Assembly: GCF_041146345.1 (NCBI RefSeq) | Contig: NW_027191410.1 | Span: forward strand, 434,001 to 498,000 | Source: Neodothiora populina | Taxonomy: Eukaryota | DNA: 64,000 nt | Direction: 5' to 3' | Shown here: positions 38,182 to 46,916 of the stretch, one piece after another | How the letters are laid out: the number at the start of each line of letters is the position of its first letter | How positions within the stretch are numbered: the first letter of the stretch is position 1 | Position numbers and translations under genes: made by a program | The notes under the pieces: model-generated | Databases searched by the model: none | Told to the model about the DNA's origin: nothing | Seen by the model: only the letters and a program-made list of their open reading frames with translations

Positions 38182-38286
38182 CAAGCATGCGCCGGTGTCC
38201 AGGTTCCTTGTTACACACAAACCTCGGTCTGAGATTATACGGTTGAACTTGATCTAGATAATTCTAGCGAATGAAGATCATGCTTG
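38182..38286 (+). promoter_or_regulatory. TPP (thiamine pyrophosphate) riboswitch aptamer in a 5'-UTR intron of the NCS1 permease gene
   Basis: P1 CAAGCATG (38182-38189)/CATGCTTG (38279-38286), CCGGTGT...CTGAGATTATACGG, TGAACTTGATCTAGATAATTCTAGCGAA. These match the fungal TPP aptamer core (J3/2 UGAGA, P4/P5, L5 GAUAA). Branch point GCTGAC and 3' splice AG at 38337-38338. Confidence 0.95.
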
Positions 38287-38347
38287 TTTCATTTTCTAGT
38301 CCGGCTCCTGGTTTGGGAATAGCTGACCGTGTTCGCAGGTTCTCAAT

Positions 38348-39955
38348 ATGAACTCCACCCGCTCGACGGATCCTGAAAAGGGTGCTCCGTCGCCAGGTCT
38401 TCAGGCTGATGCTTCGTCTATTGGAGAAATGCCATCACCTTCTGATGGCGTCTGGCCAAAATTCAGAAACTATGCCAAAACATTCGAGCGTACTCTGATA
38501 AAGTACAACTTCGAGGCTCGTGGCATTCAGCGAGTCTTGCCCTCTGAGCGCCACTCTATGGGCTTTATGCAGATTGGTCTGCTGTGGTTCTCCATCAACC
38601 TCGCTGCCAATAATGTACGTCTCCTTTCCTGTGGGTATTTGGTTACGGTCACAATATACTGACGTACTCCTCAGATCACTCTGGGAATGCTAGGCCCAGC
38701 CGTGTACGGGCTATCTTTCCTCGATTCGGCCATGTGTGCAGTGTTTGGCATGCTCGTGGGAGTTGTCCCCGTTGCCTACATTGCCACCTTTGGTCCCTTG
38801 AGTGGACACCGAGCGATGGTCATAGCTCGATACGCCATGGGTTGGTACCCTGCGAAATTGGTGGTCATCCTGAACATAATTGTCATGCTCGGCTATTGCC
38901 TCATCGACGCTGTTGTGGCCGGTCAAATTCTGTCTGCAGTCTCACCGAATGACTCACTGAGCGTCATCGTCGGGGTTGTCATTACAGCTGTAATCACCCT
39001 GCTCATCACAGTCTTTGGCTATAGCGTCTTCCACTGGTACGAGCGCTACTCCTGGCTCCCCCAGCTGATCGTCTTCTCCATCCTTGCCGGAGTGGCGGGA
39101 CCTCACTTCGATCTCGAAACTCCCACGCAGGGAGACCGCCTCACTCGCATAGGCAATCGACTTTCCTTCTTCAGCATCTGTCTGTCAGCAGCAATCACAT
39201 ACTCAGGAAGCGCCGCCGACTTTTTTGTTTATTATCCCGAAAACACTCCCAGGTGGAAAACCTTCAGCATCACTATCATCGGCCTCTCCCTGTCATTCAC
39301 CTATGCTTTCATAGTGGGCATCGGCCTCGGCTCGGGATTAGCTACACAAGCAGCCTGGTCCAGCGCATATGAAACTTCCCAAGGCGCCCTCATAACAGCC
39401 GGCTTCGCACCCCTCGGCACGTTCGGCTCCTTCTGTTCCGTCATCGTCGCCCTAGGTCTGATAGCAAACATGACGGCGCCAACCTACGTCTCGGGCGTCG
39501 ACTTCCAAGTGCTAGGAAGCTGGTGCGCCGCCGTGCCGCGCTTCGTATGGAACACCGTCGGCGTGATAATCTACACGGTATGCGCCATCGCCGGCCGAGC
39601 CTCCCTCGCGGAGATCTTCACAAATTTTCTTGCGCTAATGGGCTACTGGGTGACCATCTGGATCGCCATCACCCTCGAAGAACAGTACATCTTCAAGCGA
39701 CTCGCGGGCGTGGGCTTCGACTGGGAATTCTGGAACCAAAAGGATAAATTGCCGATTGGCATTGCTGCTCTTATCGCGTTTCTGGTTGGTTGGGCTGGCG
39801 CTATTATCTCTATGGCCCAGGTCTGGTATGTCGGTCCCTTGGCTGCGTCGCTGGGGGAGTACGGTGGTGATATGGGGAATTATGTCGGCTTCGCTTGGGC
39901 TGCGCTCGTTTATCCCCCGCTTAGATGGCTTGAATTGAAAAAGTTCGGGCGGTAG
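38348..39955 (+). CDS. NCS1 family purine-cytosine permease-like transporter (Fcy2/Tpn1-like), probably for thiamine or a thiamine precursor
   Basis: Exons 38348-38614 and 38675-39955. Motifs EARGIQRV, LWFSIN, GP.SG.R.MVIARY.MG, ERYSWLPQ, AADFFVYYP and NFLALMGYW, with about 12 TM segments. The substrate is inferred from the riboswitch. Confidence 0.92.
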
Positions 39956-40416
39956 GTGAATGGTCAGGCGCTGGTATTTGTTGTGTGTGAGAGCAGAGAC
40001 GGATTGGAGAAACTTACTGCGAGTTATTACCGAGTTGTAAGGCTTGTCGAGGGCAGAAGTGTAGATGAATTTCGCTAGAAGTGGACGAAGATGAGAACAC
40101 GGATTGGCAACGCCTCTACCTGGTGCTCTTTCCGTTGTTCGACGTACAATGCAAGACGCAAGTCATATCACACAAACGACGGTCGTTGTACATGTCCAAC
40201 ACCGACACTGAATCGTGTTGTGCACAGCAGCAGAACGCGATGAAAGACAAGGCCCAGAAGATATGCTTAAAGTCAACGCATCTCGGCTGACGACATCCAA
40301 ACCCCCCTGCGCCTAGGCCGGTGCTCGATCACGGCAATATCCACAATTCCCCCCCCCCCCCCTCGACGCTTTCTAATCCCGTCTTTGCCCATCGCAGATA
40401 TACACCAACCCAGCCC

Positions 40417-41878
40417 CTAATCCATAGTAGTAGGATCCCAAGCAACAGGCTCATAACTGCTCGGCAAATGCAGCGTCTTCATGTCCTCATCGTCCAGCTC
40501 GAAATCGTAGATGTTCGCGTTCTCCTCGATCCGTGCGGGCGTGACCGACTTAGGCAGCACGACGAATCCCTTCTGGATGCCCCAGCGCAGCAGGATCTGA
40601 GAGGTCGTCTTGTTGTGCTTCTTGGCTAGGGAGACGAGGAGGGGGTCGTCGATTTTCTTGGCGCGTACGAGGGGGCAGTAGGCCTTTTTTGGGGGTTGTG
40701 TTGTTAGTTACTAGGCTGGAAAAATATGGGGGAGGGGAGGTTTGGAAACAGGAGGATGGGGATGGGGATGCTACTGCTTACCTCCATGACAATCTTGCGC
40801 TCTTTGCACCAGTTCACAATGTCTTCTCTGGGCAGCCAGGGGTGCAGCTCGACTTGGTTGACGCTGAGAACACCAGGGTTGCCGCCTGCTGACTTGGTCT
40901 CTTTCTGCCACTGCTCGAGTTCTTCGAGGTGCTTGACTCCGTAGTTGCTGTTTAGGTTCGCGGTTGCGTTAGCGGTATACCACTATGATGACAGATAGAA
41001 AGTGGGCGAGGTTGGGAGATACAAGCAGTCAGCTACGAAACATACCTGACACCGATACTCCTGATCTTGCCAGCCTCGACAGCCTCGACGAGAGCCTTCC
41101 AGGCGCCCAGTCGACCCTCTTTGCCACCGTAAGGTGCGTGGAGAAGATAGAGATCGATGTAGTCGAAGCCAGTCTTCTGCAGGGTCTCGTCGACGCAGGC
41201 CTTGGCTTGCTCGTAGGACATCAGTGGTGGAGGCACTTTGGAAGTGAAGAATTGCTCGGAGCGTGGGATGCCGGCCTTGATCATGCCTGATGAGGAAGGG
41301 GCTTCGTTCTTGTAGAACACGGCGCTGTCGACCTGCGAATGAAGTGGTCAGATCCAGCCATGCTTGTTTCTTCTGTTCCGCATCTAATCGCCATGGTGGT
41401 ATTCTTGATAGATGGCCTTTATATAAGGGCAAATAGTGGTGGTTGGCCTTCTGCTCTCTCGTGCCCATGATCTCAGAATAGAGGATTACTGTTCTTTACG
41501 ATGAAAAGCAGAAAAATTGATGCTCCAGATGCACGTATAGCTTAACGAAAACATAGAGTCTCGCAGGTGTCACCGTGAAGTAGAACAAAAAAGTACTTAC
41601 ATGGCGATACCCAGACTTGATGGCATGAATAGTGACTTCTTCCGTCACTTCAGGCGGACTGTATAACCAAATGAACCTTAGCATACGCATGCCACACGAC
41701 CCCATCATCACTCTTCCAGCTTTCAAACTCACGTCTGATAAACACCATATCCCAAAACCGGAATCTCGTATCCCGAGTTCAGACGTAGAGTTGAGTTGAT
41801 ATTGAACTTGGCCATATTGTTGTTGTTGTGCGAGAGATGAGAAGTCAACAGTTGCAATCGAGATTTACTCGCGAGCAT
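40417..41878 (-). CDS. Aldo-keto reductase with an optional N-terminal PTS2 extension
   Basis: Introns at 41659-41732, 41333-41600, 40948-41045 and 40684-40781. Motifs LNSGYEIPVLGYG, GYRHVDSAVFYKNE, FFTSK, YIDLYLLHAP, IRSIGVSNY, NQVELHPW and VLPKS. ATGs at 41878 and 41815. Confidence 0.93.
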
Positions 41879-42660
41879 TGTTCCTCTTATAAACCACAAA
41901 AGAGGGGAAACGGGGACTTTGGAAATCTGAACACCCCCACCTATTGTCACTCTCGTCACTATGCTTGCTGCTGCTGCTGCTGCTGCTGCTCCTAGCTGAG
42001 CGATAAAGACAGACACAGGATTGTTACTGCATTAGTAGATATTTCGGAGCGATAACGGCGGAGTTTAGAACGGATTCTGGGCGGTGATGACGACTGATGG
42101 AGGGGTGTGGGGACGCCCTGTCTGTTTTAGGGAATGTGGAGCCGGCTTTAGGGGATTACCTTTACTTTAGGTAGTAGTCTTACCACCGTAAAGTGTGGTG
42201 TAGAAAATTGAAATGCGGTTTTGAGATCACATAGGGTAGAGCACGGAAGCGTGTTCTTCGAATCCATAGGGGAACACAAAACTAGGCTGTGTCAGACCTT
42301 CGTTTACGGTCGAGCATATCGTATGGGGATGGATCAGTAACCTGAATTAACTCAGCTCACACATCAGCACACCCGCTCCTCATTTATAAGCTACTTGTAG
42401 CTAGTGATCAGCCATCAAGCTTCGCCTATGGATTCCGCTTCTGAATGTATACTATAGTAGATCTGGCGGGGCAAAGATTCCCGACAAGAGAGCAGGATCA
42501 CGTTCGGTTGAAGTAAGTAGATACTGCATCCGGAGAGCATTTACTGCAAAATCGAGTAGCATCAAAAGCTGCTGGTCCAAGCATAGGAAGTCAGATCTCA
42601 TATATAGTGTAATGTATCGATAGCTTTGCTATTTGTCTTTGGACAATCTGCAAACGTGAT

Positions 42661-44008
42661 TCAACCACTACGACCTGCAGTGTTAAAGTCGCTGTATGCC
42701 TCATCTTGCTCTCTCCACTCAGCGCCGCCACCATAGACGCCACTCCTGCCCGCCATGTCGTCTTCGTCGTCGCTGTCGTCACTAGGCATCTGATCATCTC
42801 TGTGCAAGCGCTGTGGACTAACGATAACAGCGTCGTTCTCGGCCTCGTCGTCTTCAAAGGCAGCGGGATCAGTAAGACCGTGCATGCTCTTGCCAGCGCT
42901 ACCATCCTCGGCATCCAAAACCCCTTCGTCTGCAGAGACGGAAATGCCGCGGGGACCCCAGCTGTTACTCTGCTGTCGCGGGGGACCGCTCGGCCGTACG
43001 ATGCCTTCTTCTTGTCCAATGAATCTTTCGTCTTCCTCGTCAACTGCAGCGTCCCGAGCACCCCTTCCGCGACCTAACAGACGTCCCACGAGCCAGCCTC
43101 TGCCCAGGTCCTCACCGTCGACCACACCGCCGTACCTCAGTTTTACGCGTTGCCGCGTCCAGTACACCCAGGCAAAGTCGACGTACAAGAGCGTCTGCAC
43201 GATACCGAAAAGGACCGAGATGGGGAAGATGGGATCGACTGTGGTGATGTGTTTGGTGGTGGCAGCTCGCACGATCCAATTGAGGAGGTAGAAGAAGCGG
43301 TATGAGCCCAGAGTAGCGAGATAAAAGCTGTCCAGCACTGTAGGCACAGATGTCTGTCTCAGTAGCAAGAGCTGCGGTAGAATAGCAGTTGACTCCAGCG
43401 ATAGAGAGAAAGTGTATAGACTCTCGAAAGGGTGCTTGAGGCCCCATGCGCCCTCGAATATGGCAACGGCGATAGGTGCAGCAAGCACACTACCGCCTAG
43501 ACTGTACGCGCCTAGCCGCCATGCTTGCTCTCTCTCACGCGTGCGCGCAAACACGCGCAGCATGAGAAAGACAATGTAGGCTGAGCTGGTGATGTAGAAG
43601 ATCTTGAGTGTGAAGTTCCAGAAGGACTCGAATGAGTGAAAGGGTGCGCTCCATAGTAGATCGAGATAACGCGAACAGAAGACGAGGATGTACAGTATTT
43701 GTGTTATGAGAGAGACTCCTGGACGGCAGGAATGTCAATGTCAGCCCCGGGATGCAGGAGAGAAAGAGAGATGAAGACAGGGGAAGTAAGCTCCGTCGCA
43801 TCGGTCAGACAAACCTTCAGCAGAAGTGTTACTGTGTATGGACCATATCAGGATACACTTGGACACTGTATGAGAGACATCTCCTGCTCGGTTGTCAGCC
43901 ATTAATGTTCTTGTCGACTCGCTATCTCTACAATGCAGTGCGCCAGCCTCATCGCCAAGTGCTGCTGCCTAACATACCCAGTATCCGAAAGATATTGAAG
44001 TGGATCAT
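42661..44008 (-). CDS. ERD2: ER lumen protein-retaining (HDEL/KDEL) receptor-like protein with an acidic C-terminal extension
   Basis: Exons 44008-43978, 43883-43815 and 43718-42661. Motifs NIFRILGD.SH, SAEGVSLITQ.LY..VF.SRYLDL, FS..LESTAILPQL, YL.TLGSYR.FY.LNW and GIVQTLLYVDF. Confidence 0.9.
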
Positions 44009-44900
44009 GGTTATAGGTGACCGGTCAACATTGAATTCTGTTCAATAAACACTGCAACCTTCATTGCCCGAGATATACACAGACTCCCGTTTCATGCAGG
44101 CAGGCGGTTGCGTGGCCTCTTGACGTCGAGGAGGCGGAGTCTTTGTTTGTTTCACATCTGTGGCTCATTCCGGGGGATGAAGTCGTGGCTGAAGCTCAAG
44201 CTGGAGCTATCAGGCCTGCACTGAGGCAATCAAGCACTGAGGCAAATCGGCTATAACTGTCTCGCTATCTAATTACATATTGAAAGGCTGGGGATTGAAG
44301 GAAGACTCGATGCCCTAAGTCCAATTGATAAAAGCGGCTGGGAAGGATGCATGATGCTACTGGCCCACTTCTTGTAACAAGTAAGCTCTCATTAATTAAA
44401 TCACAATTCATCAGTATGTTTAATATTTCTGCTGAACCCAGCATTTGCATCTCGATCGTGAGCATGAACGAACGGCTTCAGGCATTTAAATGCATCCAAG
44501 CTCACTGCGCCGCTTCTGGCGTACAGGCATCATACAGCGGCAGTGCCAGCGTCGCAATAGGCGCAGCCTGTCAATGGCTAGAATATAAATAAAAACAAAT
44601 GTTCAGGTAGGTGAGCGGACTACTCATGCAGCTACATCTCGACACGCATACGTGCATCGAAGGACATCCTGGACGCCTTAGGTTCAACTCTCCGTCAGCC
44701 CCGCCTGCAGCTGCCCGTCCTGCGCACTATTGTCCTAGCTACTGTACCTTACGTCCAGCGCATCTCGCCCCCGCCGGCGCCACTGAGTCTCGCCTTGTGG
44801 AAATAGGTTGCCAACCTGGTTTCCCTGTTCACCGCTTCAGCACATATAGCAGCCGGAGGACCCACCTCCAAAGTATAAGCAATGACTACCGCCACCTTGC

Positions 44901-46160
44901 ATGGCGTCGTTCTCACTAATCATGGCTCCAATATCCACCTTGCATGCCGCTGCGCAAAATGTGCAGAACCTTGTAAAGGCCAACCCGTTCCCTGGAATCA
45001 GAACGCAGTGGCAGAATCCAAGTGACCTGTTTTCCATACTTCTAATCGTCGGTGGGGATATCATACAGCGAGCCATCGCGCAACTCTGCAGTCACTACTA
45101 TATCACCCCTGTTGCCTTTTCTTTCGGTTGGGTGGCGTATACCGTCAGCGCCATCACATCTGCAATCGGCGATGGCAAATTCATGCCAGAAACCGACTGT
45201 CCCGCGACCTTGATCAATGTCAAGAGTGGGTACAGCCGCGAGAACAACTCATGGATCCTCGGCCGTATCCTGCGCGACTGGGATGAAGGCGAATTGAAGA
45301 AAGACGGCAAAGACTACGCCCTGGTCATCAGCATGTGTACCCAATCCGCTGCGGAAGCGGGACGGCCGGCAATCGATTTCGTGTGGCAGCTGGGCGTCCT
45401 GACAATCATCGCTCAGATTGTCCTGTCTATAATCCCAGGCGTGAAATCCGGCGAATGGACCGTCCTGGTCATCACAGTCGGCGGCACACTGCTCTGTCTA
45501 GCCCAGAGCGCTCTCCCCCAATGGGACAAGGAAAAGTTCAAATGTCGCAAAGTGAGCAAAAAGCCTCAACAGATCGCTCTGACGAGGGGCAACGGGCACA
45601 ACCATGTTGTCTTTGTCGAGACAGAGGTAGAGGGACTCAACCTTGAGGACCTCGCCGTCGGCAGAGTCGACAAACATCACTCTACCTTACCCCTGACTCT
45701 CGCCTACTCGGTGTGTTGGTTCGTCCTGCTCCTCACGGCTATCGGCGTGGACACATACACATGGTATCTTCTCCTGATCGGCAGCATCGGCATGGTGCAG
45801 AACATCTTCGCTGCAGGCTTCAAACGGAAACCCTGTGCGTTCGGTATTCATCTGAAGCAATACGCCACCATAAAGCCCGCAGCAGCAGGTGACTCGCCAG
45901 AAAATAAAGTCTTCAAGGTCATCCAACAAGCAGAGGAGCAAATACCCGGACTGGGGTTGTCTCTTATGCCGATTTTCTTTCCAGGAACTTTGTTCCCTGC
46001 AGAGCAAGATTGGATGGGAAAGGCCATTGCGAAGAATAAACCGAGCAAGAAGAAAGATGGGGAGAAACAAGAGATAGATGTTGATATTCATGCAATTGCT
46101 GCAGCTCAAGCGACTGATGTTGCTCCTCAGCAGGTGAATCCTGAAATTAAGACGATATAA
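44901..46160 (+). CDS. Uncharacterised fungal multi-pass membrane protein (419 aa)
   Basis: Single-exon ORF with several TM segments. Motifs QW.NPSD.FSILLIVGGDIIQRAIAQL, PVAFSFGWVAY, R.N.SW.LGR.LRD, LPQW..EK, LTRGNG and G.IGMVQN, which I recognise from a fungal family of unknown function. Start may be 44922. Confidence 0.85.
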   Translation: MASFSLIMAPISTLHAAAQNVQNLVKANPFPGIRTQWQNPSDLFSILLIVGGDIIQRAIAQLCSHYYITPVAFSFGWVAYTVSAITSAIGDGKFMPETDCPATLINVKSGYSRENNSWILGRILRDWDEGELKKDGKDYALVISMCTQSAAEAGRPAIDFVWQLGVLTIIAQIVLSIIPGVKSGEWTVLVITVGGTLLCLAQSALPQWDKEKFKCRKVSKKPQQIALTRGNGHNHVVFVETEVEGLNLEDLAVGRVDKHHSTLPLTLAYSVCWFVLLLTAIGVDTYTWYLLLIGSIGMVQNIFAAGFKRKPCAFGIHLKQYATIKPAAAGDSPENKVFKVIQQAEEQIPGLGLSLMPIFFPGTLFPAEQDWMGKAIAKNKPSKKKDGEKQEIDVDIHAIAAAQATDVAPQQVNPEIKTI

Positions 46161-46390
46161 TATGGAAGATAATAGCATGATCAATGAAGTATAACGAATG
46201 TAATGATAAAAGACCTTGGTCGTCAAGACCACAAGAACAATTCTCACTCTAAGCTTCCACGATGAAAGGTATAGGTTCTAATCGAACAATAACACTCATA
46301 ATCAAGTATGATGTCGTGCAAAGTGAACCAGGACAACATGAGCGCATAAAATAGGAAAAAAGTGCAAATGAGTGTGGAAGGACAAAAGTT

Positions 46391-46497
46391 CGACGCCTGT
46401 GTGATTCGAACACACGCTCCCGAAGGAAATGCCTGTCGGCTAACAGCTCAAGAAGCTGAATAGCAGGGCATCGCGTTAACCACTCCGCCAAAGCGCC
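46391..46497 (-). tRNA. tRNA-Ser(GCT) with a 26-nt intron (46435-46460)
   Basis: Minus strand reads GGCGCTT-TGGCGGAGTGGTTAACGCG-ATGCC-CT-GCT-A[intron]A-GGCAT, long variable arm TTCC-TTCG-GGAG, T-arm GTGTG-TTCGAAT-CACAC, then AGGCGTC-G. Confidence 0.95.
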
Positions 46498-46863
46498 GTT
46501 GGTGTTGATGACGTAAGTTTCAGATACGTAATATTATATACTCTAGCAATTAAGCTTAGGGTTTCTTGGGAATATCTATGGACGATAGTAATATACTGTA
46601 GAAGTTCCCCTATTGCGAATTGTAAGGACATATATGGTGATTATGAGGTATAATACTGGTTCCGCAGTTCATGTAGCCTTCGATCGATCTAGGGGAATCA
46701 CCACTATTGCCATAGTTTCCACGTTCTCTCTTCCCGCATTGAACTTCTGCTCAGCTTTATCAGCCTACAGTAGATGCCCTCCACGGTCTAAAACTTCCGT
46801 CCTTGACAGCCCAAGCCTCACATGGACCGTGTATATATCTCTGAACCCAGTCTTCGAACATTC

Positions 46864-46916
46864 CTACATACGCAGTCAGCTCAAGCAGTCTAACAAGTGG
46901 AACTTATGGCACTTAT
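46864..46916 (-). other. Terminal 3'-processing intron of the candidate telomerase RNA (non-canonical AUAAGU 5' splice site)
   Basis: ATAAGT 46916-46911 (a second copy at 46907-46902), branch site GCTGAC 46880-46875 and TAG 46866-46864. It starts 3 nt after the Sm-type site. Confidence 0.85.

Noticed and set aside
41333..41600. TATATAAA plus ACCACCATGG inside AKR intron 2 as an internal promoter and start
   Set aside because: That ATG is out of frame with the downstream exon, and a product starting there would lack the N-terminal catalytic region.
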